From the NCBI GenBank assembly GCA_040285855.1, contig JAUFOQ010000001.1, positions 558,001 to 622,000 on the forward strand: a DNA stretch of 64,000 nucleotides, in the 5' to 3' direction. Below are positions 1 to 11,727 of this stretch, one piece after another. The position numbers and the translations under genes were made by a program. The number at the start of each line of letters is the position of its first letter. The stretch's first letter is position 1. This DNA comes from Eukaryota sp. GEM-RC1. Its lineage: Eukaryota. Below the pieces are notes generated by a model. That model ran no database searches and had not been told where the DNA came from. It saw nothing but the letters and a program-made list of their open reading frames with translations.

Positions 1-508
1 TCCCTTCCATAAACGTTAATTCTATATCGATATTTAAACTATATAATTCTTTAATAATTCTTGGAAATTCTGAAGTTTTATCAGATATAGTTAATGTTAT
101 TTATTTAGTTTTAAGTTGTTTCAATACATCAAATATATATTTACTATAAGACATTATGTTAATAAACACAATAGTATTAGAATAAATATTTGGATTATTA
201 ATATAAAAATTAATATATTCATTTAAGTGAATAACTTTGAAACATATAGGTTTACGAGAGAAAAGAGTATCAATCCATATTGTATCAACAAAACAAGTTG
301 TTTCGGGAGTTTTTAATTTTTCTTTAATATTTTCCATTATAGGATGTTCCATCCAATATCTACCTCCTTCTTCAAATACATCAGCTTTTATTATTCTATG
401 CTTTTTGTGTATATTCATGAATCTTTCTGATGCATATCAATATTTTTGACATTTGCTATGTTTGAAAACACATTGGAGTAATGATTCAGTTAAAGTCAAA
501 TGATCCAT
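1..508 (-). pseudogene. Unknown-function gene, reading frame from ATG 508 running off the window start, with two in-frame stops
   Basis: MDHLTLTESLLQCVFKHSKCQKY*YASERF is in frame with ORF 101..418 (TGA at 439-437). The frame stays open past TAA 103-101 (ITLTISDKTSEFPRIIKELYSLN...). The start codon is in TAAATG context. Confidence 0.45.
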
Positions 509-569
509 TTAATAAAAAGAAAAATCATTTTTATGTATTTATTCAAATGAAAAAAATATAAAACCATAA

Positions 570-908
570 ATGGGTGGCGTGAAAGTTTTTGGCAATCATC
601 GAATACAAGTATATTTACCAACCAGAGTAAAAGATCCAGAATTAATAAATCATTTCTTCCTGAAGAAAACAAGAAATCACCCAAGAGTATTTCCTAAACA
701 TGGATATACATTTATTGGAAAACACTATTCCAGACTCGAAAATGCATTAGTAACTCAATCAATGTTTTTATTTACCAAGGGACATAATGATGATTTGTGT
801 CAAGAAATAGAAGACTATTTGGCATCTAAAAATCTTTTATGTTCTTGGTCAGCTGGAGGAAATACTAATGCATTTATTAATAATGAAAATGGTGGTTACA
901 AAATATAA
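570..908 (+). CDS. Hypothetical 112-aa protein
   Basis: Clean ATG-to-TAA ORF with globular-looking composition, TAAATG start context, divergent from the gene at 508. No recognisable motif. Confidence 0.45.
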   Translation: MGGVKVFGNHRIQVYLPTRVKDPELINHFFLKKTRNHPRVFPKHGYTFIGKHYSRLENALVTQSMFLFTKGHNDDLCQEIEDYLASKNLLCSWSAGGNTNAFINNENGGYKI

Positions 909-924
909 AATAAATACCCTAGGG

Positions 925-1215
925 TTACACTACTCTTTCTTGTTCCGTGTGGAAGGAGGTATCTTCTTTGTCTTTGACTTGAAGTGCCTTAAGAGTTATT
1001 CATTAATAAGAGTGTTCTTCAGTGATGAGAGTGATTCCCAAGTCCTAATACCAGAAGTAAACTCAACCAGGAACTCATAGTGATCACCCGTTGATGTTAT
1101 GATCTAAGATTTTTGCAACGACATATTTAGAAGCGTCTTTGGCAGCCACAGTAGTTGCTTCGTCTATAGCGTTTATAGCAAATGGAGAAACAACTAATTC
1201 TTGATTAGTGACGAG
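925..1215 (-). mobile_element. Gypsy integrase C-terminal chromodomain remnant with purine tract and TG LTR-like start
   Basis: Minus strand reads KYVVAKILDH...YEFLVEFTSGIRTWESLSSLKNT (chromodomain-like, frameshifted), then AACAAGAAAGAGTAG followed by TGTAACC. Interrupted by the hAT at 1216. Confidence 0.55.
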
Positions 1216-1505
1216 CAGGGACTGTCAAAAATATAATGCAATATATTGCAGGATCAAAAGATTTGCAATACAGTATTGCAATACTGCAATATATTGCAAT
1301 AATGGGAAGCAATATAAATATTGTTGAGTAAATTATTGATTGTACAAATTCCATCAATAACTCATAACATCATCATTAGGCATCATCCAAGTTGACTAGT
1401 TTCTGATTAACCATCTTGCGAACCAAACTAATGTCCCAAAACTCTCTGTTTACAGAAAGAAATAGTTGATTGGCAAGTCTTCGATCAGATAAGTTGTGTC
1501 GTGAC

Positions 1506-2885
1506 TAGGGCTGTCAAATGACGAGTCACAACGCGTCACGACTTGAAAAATTGACGTCGACGTGACGTGACTTCCCAGAAATTCAAGTCGACTTACAGTC
1601 ACGTTATGACGAGTCATGACGATTTACAAAATAACCATTTGTTGATCTTTCTCTAGTTTGCCTCTGCATCTATATGCACACGAGAAAGCTACTACAGACA
1701 ACTTTAACTCCTCTTCTAAGACGATCTAATGGATACGATTGTGTCGACAGTGACAACGACGCATCTTCTCAGGGGGGAAATTGCTAGAAACTATTTCTGT
1801 ATTCAAGCCACTTCAGTGCCAGCAGAACAGCTATTCTCGCAAGCAGGATTAGTTGTGACCAGGGATCCCAAATATATAATTTATCACCTAATTTATTACC
1901 ATAAATATACACATACATTTCTGCAAATGTATCAATTTCACTGATTGATCAAAAACCCCGTTTTTTTATTAATATATCACAATAATTAATTATTGGCAAA
2001 TCGCCGTATCAGTATTTATTACAATTGTTTTTGATAATTTCTTCCCTCTGTTTTCTCTCGTGTTTAAACAAAAAATTTTTAGTGTTCTTTTCAAACATTT
2101 TTGTATCTCTTCTGTTGAAAACGTGCTTTTTCCTGTCTCTAGTACTGTGACGAAAAACAATATTTCACAGTTTTCACTGATCAATCATCTGATTGTGTCG
2201 ATCTCTTTTCATATCAGCTACATCGAACCTCGTTGTAGGTCGTTCTCAAAGTTGACTTCGGCTGACAAATCGCAGATCCGAGCTCCATCGTTCTGCCCTT
2301 GGTGGTGAACTCTTTTGAACGTGAACAGTAGTACTTGATTGTCGACGATGTGAGAGCTACTCGTCTTTGGGTTAGAGTGTGTGCTCACTTAATTAAAATA
2401 TAGTACTTTCTTTTTTTGCTATCAATTATTTATCATTGGTAAATAGTGATATATCACAATAATATATTTTCAGCAATTAATGACGGAAAATCTGTTACAA
2501 TACATTTTTGGTCATCACTCGTTGTGACTGCAAAACGATCATCTTTGAATGATGATATCGTTCAGGCACTTCTATGTTTGCAGTCATGGTACAAATTAGA
2601 TATTTAGATACATATTCTTAACTTTGGTTCTTTTAAATTTGTAAAGAAATGTATTTGATTGTTATATGATATCAATGTCAGTGCTATTTATCCAATAATA
2701 ACTCACAATTCACAGAAAGCAGCATTAAGTCGTGACTCGTCATTACAGTGTTTCTCGTTGCTCTAAGTCACAACTTAGAGAATGTAAGTTGACGTAACGT
2801 GACTTGGAAAAGTACACGTCGACGTGACGTAGAGTTGCGTCATGTTATGACGCGTTATGACTCGTCACGTTATTCGACAGCTCTA
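1506..2885 (+). mobile_element. hAT element (middle), internally deleted, nested in the outer hAT
   Basis: Ends TAGGGCTGTCAAA / TTCGACAGCTCTA. Perfect TSD gtcgtgac (1498-1505, 2886-2893). GTGAC/GTCAC subterminal repeats. hAT dimerization-domain fragment IARNYFCIQATSVPAEQLFSQAGLVVT|AKRSSLNDDIVQALLCLQSW. Confidence 0.9.
1860..2520. mobile_element. Non-autonomous hAT-type MITE (inner), nested in the middle hAT
   Basis: Perfect 8-bp TSD gttgtgac (1852-1859, 2521-2528). Left end CAGGGATCCCAAATAT, degenerate right end. Removing it restores the middle element's transposase frame. Confidence 0.8.
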
Positions 2886-4348
2886 GTCGTGACAACCCTT
2901 GCGTCATTCGAACTTTACTGAAAAGTCGTTCTACAACATTTGAAGTTGCCGGGATGAACTTTAAATTGCCGTAACCTACTGCTTCACCTCTCATTTGAGT
3001 AAAAATATCTTGAACGGAGGAAACAGGTCCAGGTCGTTCATCAATTTCTTCATCTCCATCATCATCACTATCACTATTCACAGTATTTACTATTACTTCA
3101 CCATCTAAAGATGACGACATCGAGATTGACCAGCAACTATTTCAATTTCATGTTCTTTAAAACATAGTGTTGATTTATTAGCTTTATTTACTACTAGAAT
3201 TTACTTTTCCTTTCCCCTATAAACTCTATGTCATATTCGAACCCTTATGCTAGTTTTAGAGGCAAAGTCAATATTAACTTCTTCCTCATCTGTAAGACTC
3301 AACCCTTCATTCTTCAAGATTTTCAGTGCTGCTGATTCTCTGAGAAGTTTCATCACACTGTTTACCCGATCCAATAAAGCATCCAAAGGCCGAATGAAGG
3401 CAGTCACATCCAACTGAAATCTGTGTGAGGCACAACCTCCGAATCCACAGTTTAGAAGTTTTGACAGTGCCTTCAGTGTAGAACAATTATCAGCGACAAT
3501 AAATGTTTTTTCTTTCTTTAGCAGCACTCTGCAGACACATTTCCAAAGCTGTTTCAGGATTTTTGATCTTAGAGTTTTGAAAGAATTACACTGATTGAGT
3601 TGAGTCCCGGGAGATAGGAGTAAAGTAGGCTTTCGCCATCTGTTCTCGAGTGGGACGAGAAGGAAAAGCCATGTACGATGATGTGACGAATGATATCAGA
3701 TTTACATTTGTTTGTCAGATCTAGACAGATGCTACATTGTACTAGTAGTAAGGACTTCAAATTGTACAGCAACCAAAAAACCTCTGTGTTAAATTCCTTT
3801 CAAGTACATGTAACAGAGAAAAAATTGGTCTAAAAATATTATTCAAAATTGAAATTATTGCAATATATTGCAATACAAAATGAGGCTGCAATACAGTATT
3901 GCAATTATTACAAAAGTGCAATATATTTTTGACAGTCCCTGGTGACAAGGGTTTTTGTGAGGTACTTGGATAACAACAGGACTGGGATGATTGTGTTGTG
4001 ATTGGAATTGTTGACGACAAAGAGTACCCGCTGTCAAAAAATTGTTGAAGCAGGTAAGATAAAAGAACTTCACGTTGAGAACTGGTGAATTGGGGAATAT
4101 CCATCTGTAGAAGATTCGTTCTGATGCTTCAATGATGCCCAGCAGTCCGAAGGTCAGAAAGAAGAAGAGGAATCAACTTATTCTGAACTTTTCCATCTAA
4201 TGGTGGATTTACACGGCCCTAATATAAGTATGTATTTTTTAACTTCCATGTGGTGGTAACTCATCACTAGTGAGTTCAAAACACGATAATAAAAGTAAGT
4301 TTCGTATTTTAATTACAACAACAGTGTTTTCGAAAAATCTATCATTTG

Positions 4349-4490
4349 CAGGGGATGCCGAAAAATATATTGCAATATATATTGTACGTTTTAAACATTA
4401 CAATAAATATTTTGTGGTTTGCGAATATTGCAATAAATATACTAATATTGTCACCTGTTGCAATAAATGTATTGCAATATATTGCAATAG
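4349..4490 (+). mobile_element. Truncated hAT-type terminus
   Basis: CAGGGGATGCCGAAAAATATATTGC followed by TATTGCAATA repeats like those of the 1216-3941 element. No matching other end found. Confidence 0.5.
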
Positions 4491-6020
4491 TTTCAATTCT
4501 TCATGTACTAACAGTACATGACTTTAAAGTTAAGTACGTACTTTTCGTACTTTTCTTGCCCAACCACATTATTATACCCATTCTCTCTGTACATTCATAG
4601 AATCATGTTTGGCAGTATGTTTCGCCTGTCCAGGCTGGTTTCTCCGCCTCTAATGACGCACATTCCTCCCAATATTCTTCTCAATTTGGGTCTCAGGGGT
4701 TTTCTCAAGCGTCTCAACCCACTGTTAGTCAGTCAACTAGAGTTAATTGCTCACGGTATACATGTGACTTTTGCCAGCATCTGTTTGCCGGTAGTTGTAC
4801 TCGAATTGCTTTTCATTTGCTGAAAGAATAAGCAAACAACAGAATCAAAACCTGCACTGCTGCACCTCCAGACGTCTGTACAGAAGTACTGACTTATTAT
4901 CAACAACATGGACGTCCTGAAATGAAAGATTGAGAGTGAATTCCTTGTGACCATAGGAAATGAACACCTACGAGGTTGTTATTGAAGAGGAAGAATCAAA
5001 TTTTGACTTGGAAGAAGAACATGTTCCATGTCATGTGTCCAGTCAGGTTTACAGAGAATCAGTTCTGCTGAAGACATAGAACTGTTGTGGTGGGCGTTTT
5101 TAGAGTGCAATAAATGTTCTATACAATGTTATTGTTCTTAAGAGGGGGTTGATCAGTGCAGATCAGACTTCAGAAGAGAAAAGTACGTGAAGTACGTTCG
5201 GGTACGGACCAACAAACACTGTTTTGAACACTTATGAACAAAAACATGTGTGATTGGAAAGGAGTGGTCTCATTACAAGAATTCACCTAAAAACTTGACT
5301 GGAGAACTCAAGTGTCAGTAGAACCTGAGAGCCACTTGTGGAGTTTGCAGTAAAAGGAGTGGTTTTGAGTGGAGTTAACCAAGACTGTACCAGGCCAGCT
5401 GATCATGTTCCGGCGAATTCTTAACTAATTGTTGAAAGTTAAATTCTATCACACATCGTCGAGGTCCCAATACAACCAAGGTCCCAATACAAGCATAGTA
5501 GAGGATATGCTTGTATAGTTTGATATACTCGACCAAATTTTAATAAACAAACTTACATTATTACTCAAATGGGATGTGTTTGGGACCAAAAATGGTGAAA
5601 AACTTCGACCAGTGTGACACTACACAATACACAAATTTTCTTCTTCCATACTATGGCTTCTCTACAGAATAACCCTTCTCTTAAAACCCAGTTTGAACTT
5701 TTTGTTTCCGAGGAATGCGAACACTTTGATCCTATGCAAAGCACTTCCAATTATTTTCTTTCTGTTGGTACAATTTTCAAAAAGGTGCATCGTGACGACC
5801 TCAAGAAACTGCTCTTATTTCTCAATAACAAATTTGGAACTACTTGTAAAGTACATTACAAGAACAAAGACGTACTTAGCAATTGTTGTCAAAGACACGT
5901 GTTTCCAAGCGTGTTATCAACAATTCCCACTTTTCGTTCTCACTTTTCTATCCTTCTTGTAATAAAGTTAGCTTAGTCAAGCATCAATACGTATTGTGCT
6001 AATACTAAAGTACCACTTGT

Positions 6021-7394
6021 ATGTCCTTACCCGATAACCACGCTCTCGTGGACCTCGAAAAGAGGATCCGCTTTATCTCTCCCAAACTCACCTCACTCAC
6101 CCCAGATTCGGTAGCTCGATTCCTACAAGAAGTCTGCCACTTTTCACATGCCCAAGAAGAAGAAATCCCAGCTCAAGCCATTGAAGATCCTGACGATGAA
6201 GAAGATGATGAAGAAGAATTCGTGAGTGCTGAAGAACACGAAGATGAACACAACGAAGATGAACCTACGCTTCCTTCGTATTTAGAAGACCCAAAGCCAC
6301 CACTTAACTTTCACAAGTACATTTTGCCAAAGATTATGTCGTTAATTTCAATGGTAGACTCGTCTGCCATGAAATCACAAGCTTCCCTGTGAAAGTTCCT
6401 CCTAAAGAGAACGCGAGCCCAAACTGCGTCGGAAGCTCTCGCTATTTTAAGAACGCTCTCCATGTCTGCACACCAAATGCAGGATATCTTCCCCTATTTG
6501 GAGCAACTTCAAGCTGTTTTATTCCGTTGCCGAACATTTGTCTCACTTAAAAACCCCAAACCTATCATCAAAGCCTTCATTCAAGGAATCAAACCGGTTG
6601 CTCTTCAAAATACCTTATTTGATGAGTTTAACCTGAATCTTTTACCTTCTCTCGAAACACTTTTATTCAGAACTCTAGCTTTGCACTCCAATTTAACCTC
6701 GTTGTCAATTACCCCTCAAAATTTCACTCCTAAAGATGGAAGTATCCCAAGTCTTCCTCGCAACGAAAGTCGTCTTTCTTCCAATTCTGACAATCGCAGA
6801 AATCATCCCAACAGTAGTCATACGTTATCCAACTCGCAATGTAATTTTTGCAAAAAATCTGGACATTCAATAGACCAATGTCCTGACCCTTCATGCAGGA
6901 CCTCCAAACTGAACAAAAGAAAGTCCTACCTGTATACCAATCCAAGAAACCCGAGAAACACTGCCGACAACTCCAAACGAAGTACTAGACTTACAAGCCG
7001 AAACAATTTTACCTCTGGTAAGAAAAGTTGCAGTACGAACCTGGTCACTAGCAATGACACAGTCGAAGAAGAAACTCTAGAATTTGACATTGAGCTGCCT
7101 AATTTCCTCGACAATGCATATACCTCCTCGCCAACATCTGAGAAGCCTACTTCTAAGACTTGCCTAGTTAAATCTGATGCCGAACCACTACAACTTAAGA
7201 CGCAGCCTCGGAGGAAAGCTCTCAGTCCACATATACATCCGTTGACGCTCGGGGGAGTTGGTTCCTCTGTCGTCTCGGCTCTGGTGGCTGATGACGCTGA
7301 TTGCTTCGGGCGACCCGAGGCCCCGCAGTTGATAGAGGCTGACGCTGAAGATGAAGCTATGGTTCGTCCCAAAAGAACAGCTTTCTCAAGATGA
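6021..7394 (+). pseudogene. gag: Gypsy Gag with CCHC zinc knuckle and one in-frame TGA
   Basis: ORFs 6021..6392 and 6462..7394 share a frame, separated only by TGA 6390-6392. Contains a CNFCKKSGHSIDQC knuckle and an acidic N-terminal tract. Confidence 0.8.
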
Positions 7395-10300
7395 CAGTGA
7401 AAGTCAACTCCGTACCTCTGACTGGAACATGGGACAGTGCCTGTGAGCACAGCTGCCTGTCCATAGACTTAGCCAAGAAGGCCAATCTAACTCTTGAAGA
7501 ATCACCTTTAACTTTCACTCTCGCCAATGGAGAGACGGTTGAGTCCCCAGGAACAGCCTATACCAAAGTATCTTTCCAATTCGGTACAGACGTTCCCAAG
7601 ATCGTTCTTTTACAATACTCCCTTCACGTTATCCCTGGAAGCAACCAATTTCTGCTTGGTTGTGACGTTATGAAAGCTTTAGGTTTGCTGAAGGACAATA
7701 ACCTAATTATCAATCTGAATGAAAAAGCACTGCCCTGCTCAACGCTGAATCATGCCTGGACTCTCTCTTGACCCAGCCTGCTATCCCATCCGTCGCCGCA
7801 AACTCTCTTGCTTCTCACTGGACCAATGAAGCTAGATTTGAACTTTCACCACAAGAGACCTTGTTGATCAAGAAAACTTTAATTAACTTTACAGAAGTGT
7901 TTGGAAAACCTCACCCAAACGGGATCAAATGTCCACCTATGCCCTTGCCGTTCTATGATGAATTCAAAGTTGTGAACCTGCCAGCTAGAAACCTGAATCC
8001 ATCTAAGCTTGAAACCGCTAATAAGATATTTGATGAGCTCATAGCTGATGGCTTCGCTTTTGAGTCACCTGCTCAAAATCCATTTTCCTCTCCAATCTGC
8101 CTAGTTGTCTATCCCGATGATAGAAAGCCCCGTCTTACAGGAGACTTTAGCGGTAGCCATGGGATTAATGCCTTAACCAAACCACTTCAAGCAAACTTAC
8201 CAAAAATTTCGGACATCCATTTATTTCTGTCCAAAGCGAGATTAGGGCTCCCAATTCACCCGGGTGGGGTGACCCCACCCTCAATCTTTGAGAATCACCC
8301 GGGGTGACCCCGAACCTATTACTGGGTGAAGTCACCCGCTTCACCCAGCTCACCCATGAAAAGCAGAAACTTGTGCATGTGATAAATTACTTGAATTAAG
8401 AAATACTTTATCTATTCAAACAACTAACACAAGTCCTCATAGATCACAAAAACAACGAACAAGGAATTGATTTATAGATTTGGTTGAATTGTATTGTCTT
8501 TACAATACTTAAAATAATTCGTATTTTGTTTTCAAAAGCTCTATTAGCTCTCAGTATTTTTTATGAAGCAAAAGCTGATGTGAGTTTTAATGGCAATGAG
8601 TGTTGCTTTAATTATATTAAGTTCTAGTTTTTGTATTTATTTTATTTGGCAGGTCAAGGGTCGCGATGTATCTCGCTTAGGGCTCCCAATTCACCCGGGT
8701 GGGGTGACCCCGAACCTATTACTGGGTGAAGTCACCCGCTTCACCCAGCTCACCCATGAAAAGCAGAAACTTGTGCATGTGATAAATTACTTGAATTAAG
8801 AAATACTTTATCTATTCAAACAACTAACACAAGTCCTCATAGATCACAAAAGAACGAACAAGGAATTGATTTATAGATTTGGTTGAATTGTATTGTCTTT
8901 ACAATACTTAAAATAATTCGTATTTTGTTTTCAAAAGCTCTATTAGCTCTCAGTATTTTTTATGAAGCAAAAGCTGATGTGAGTTTTAATGGCAATGAGT
9001 GTTGCTTTAATTATATTAAGTTCTAGTTTTTGTATTTATTTTATTGTTTTTGTTCCATAAATAATCCACAACAAAACTGTTGGATAAAAGTCATTTCTTG
9101 ACCTTGATTTTATACATTGATGAAAATGGAGAATACAATTGGATAAGAATATATAATTATGTATATATGGCCAAACGTACAACATGAAGCACACATGTAT
9201 GAAATCATGTTTCAATAAAATGGGAGATCACCCGGGTCACCCCACCCCAAGGCTAAATCGACCCCGGGTCACCCCAGACCTCTTTGATGGGTGACATCAA
9301 CCGGTGTGGGGTGAACCCGACCAGGTGAATATTTTGTCACCAGGGTGGGGTGAATTGGGAGCCCTAAGCGAGATACATCGCGACCCTTGACCTGCCAAAA
9401 GCCTTTTGGCAAGTTATAATTGAACCCAGAGATCAGCTAAAAACTTCACTCGCTATTCCCGGAAGAAACATTTGTTTCAAAAGAGCCGCGTTCGGTTTAC
9501 AAAACGTTCCGGCCTATTTCCAGAACATTATGAACGCTATCTTCAGTATGGATAATGTTTTTATCTACATTGATGATATAATCATCGTTGATTCCGAGTT
9601 CGAAAACTTTATTGAAACAATCAAGGAAATTCTGACTCGTGCAAAACTCCATCGCGTAAGTCTTGGTATAAAAAAATGCTCTTTCGTCACCAACGCCAGT
9701 GAGATCAAAATCCTAGGATGTATATTCCAAAATGGCAAGAGAAGAATTGATCCTGATAGGATCAGGGCTATTCAAAAACTACCAATTCCTTCTTCCATTA
9801 ACGAACTTAGATCTTTCTGTGGGTCTATCAACTACCTACGAGAGTGGATTCCAGATCTCTCAAACTTAATTCAGCCTTTGACTAACCTTACCAGAAAGGA
9901 CAAATCCAAAACGCCCATTACGAAGAAATGGACTGATCTCCACACAAAGAACTTTATCTCAATCAAGAAACTTCTCTCAAATTCCGTTGAACTCTCCCTG
10001 CCCTATGACGACAAACAAGTAATCATTTCAAAAGACGCCTCTGAGAAAGCCATCTCAGGCATTATTTGGCAGAAACTAGACACCTCTGACCCTACATCGC
10101 CTCTCGAGGATCAGAAACTAGCGCCGATTTCGTTTTTCTCACGTACTCTAAGTGATTCACAAAACAATTGGCCAATAATTCAAAAGGAATTGTTTGCCAT
10201 CGTCGCAACACTAAACCAGCCAAATCTTTCTTCATGGTTGATGACAAAAGACTAATTTTATTGTGCGACCACAAAAACATTGTTTTTCTTTTCGACCACC

Positions 10301-11727
10301 CCGAAAAAAACCGCATCGTTAGCAGATGGGTCCCTCTACTCGCCAATTTTGACCTCGAAATTGTTCATGTAGAAGGCTCCCGGAACAGTTGCGCTGACCT
10401 ACTTTCTCGATCGTTTGCAAAACCTCCAGATACTCATTTGACTGACAAAATTTCAGAAAAGAAAATTGGAGAACTCTATTCCAAAACTTACTTAATTTCA
10501 GCCGACGAACTGAATGAAATTGCCAAGAAAGATAAAGTCCTGAATAAAATTCGAACTGCTCAACAACTAGAAAGCCGTTCTATGCCAACAAACGCTCTGT
10601 GGAATGATGATGTTAATTTATTCTTTATTAAGTCCAAAATCTATATTCCAAACTCCTTAAGAAAGGAATGGCTCCTCAACCTGCATGGATACATCCATTC
10701 TGAACATCCAACATTCAAGAAAGCATGGAATAATTATAAAAGCTCTAACTTCTACTGGCCTGAAGCTGAGGCTGACTTACAAAATCACATTGCTGAATGT
10801 CACTCCTGTCAAAAAACAGCTCCTGCTCCCAAGGTATTAGTTCCTGCATCCGGAAAACTATTTAGCAGCCGTCCGTTTGAAAGTATCCACGTCGATACAA
10901 TGGGACCCTTGCCCGAAGACAACGATGGCATGAAATATATCTTTGTGTTTGTCGACGCCTTCTCAAGATTTACGATCCTCCACGGCTCTAAGACTAACTC
11001 CGCCAATGATGTTGCCTACGCCATTATTCAATCTGTGATCGCCAACTTTGGGATACCATACCATGTACACTCAGATAATGGCTCAGAATACAGTAATGCT
11101 GTATTAAAGGAACTTTTCGGCCTGCTCAATATCACCAACTCGTTTTCTGTTCCCCATCATCACCAAAGCAATGGTCTCGTTGAACGACGCAACCGCGAAG
11201 TAAATAAGAACCTTAGGAAATTCATATATGATCTCAATGACTTTCAACTGTGGTCCGCCCATCTACCAACCATCCAACTTCTACTCAATTCTAAGACTCA
11301 CTCAGTTACAAAGTTTTCTCCATACGAAATTCTATTTGGGTTAAGCACTGATCCACGTAAGTCATCTGCTGATCTCCTAGAACTCCTATCCATTAAGAAA
11401 TCTGCTGCACCATTAATTCGAGATCTTATTGCTCGCACCAGGCTTCTGAAAGAAAAATGGGAAAAGGCAAAAAATCATCAAAGACAATCAACCTCTCCTG
11501 CTGCCGTATCTTCAACCCCCCAATTTGACGTCCACTCTTATGTCTTGAGATACAATGAAAATCCCGGTAGACTACATGGAAAATGGCTTGGTCCATACAA
11601 GGTAATCTCTAGCCAACCTAACTCATCTACTCTTACTCTCCTCAACTTAGTCACCAAGGTACAAACTTCTTCTTCTGTTTACCTTTGTAAACCCTTTGTT
11701 ACTTCATCTGTTGACCCCGATTACTTT
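7373..11727 (+). pseudogene. pol: Gypsy Pol A: protease, RT (interrupted by a MITE), RNase H, integrase 1
   Basis: Protease WDSA. RT SSPICLV..RLTGDF, ATLDLPKAFWQ, YIDD. RNase H DAS..QKELFAI..CDHKN..ADLLSR. Integrase H-H-C-C (LHGY..EHP..CHSCQ), HVDTMG/SDNG/VERRNR and GKWLGPY. Several frameshifts. Confidence 0.92.
8243..9366. mobile_element. hAT-type MITE inserted in gypsy RT, with an internal rearrangement
   Basis: TIR TAGGGCTCCCAATTCACCC at both ends. TSD agcgagat (8235-8242, 9367-9374). GGGTGA/TCACCC subterminal repeats. The left ~400 bp is duplicated at 8678-9045. Confidence 0.92.

Larger units (their letters stand above)
1216..3941 (-). mobile_element. hAT DNA transposon (outer), degenerate transposase
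   Basis: TIRs CAGGGACTGTCAAAAATAT / ATATTTTTGACAGTCCCTG. 8-bp TSD gtgacgag (1208-1215) / gtgacaag (3942-3949). TATTGCAATA subterminal palindromes. Transposase fragments VADNCST..GCASHRFQL (3231-3527) and IPATSNVVERLFS (~2890-2960), continuing as RHNLSDRRLANQLFLSVNREFW below 1497. Confidence 0.9.

Noticed and set aside
4530..5205. Imperfect inverted repeat (GTACTTTTC.. / ..GAAAAGTAC) suggesting a MITE
   Set aside because: The termini and TSD could not be defined.
5912..6006. Possible 5' LTR of gypsy family A (TGTTATC..., AATAAA, hairpin)
   Set aside because: There is no second copy in the window, no clean CA end, and no PBS or TSD, so it cannot be supported.
101..6392. Stop-codon reassignment suggested by isolated in-frame TGA/TAA codons
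   Set aside because: The stops are of mixed types and occur in decayed elements with frameshifts. The intact LRR gene has no internal stops and ends in TAA.
7288..7320. CTGATGA hammerhead-ribozyme-like core
   Set aside because: No GAAA follows the putative stem II, so the catalytic core is incomplete.
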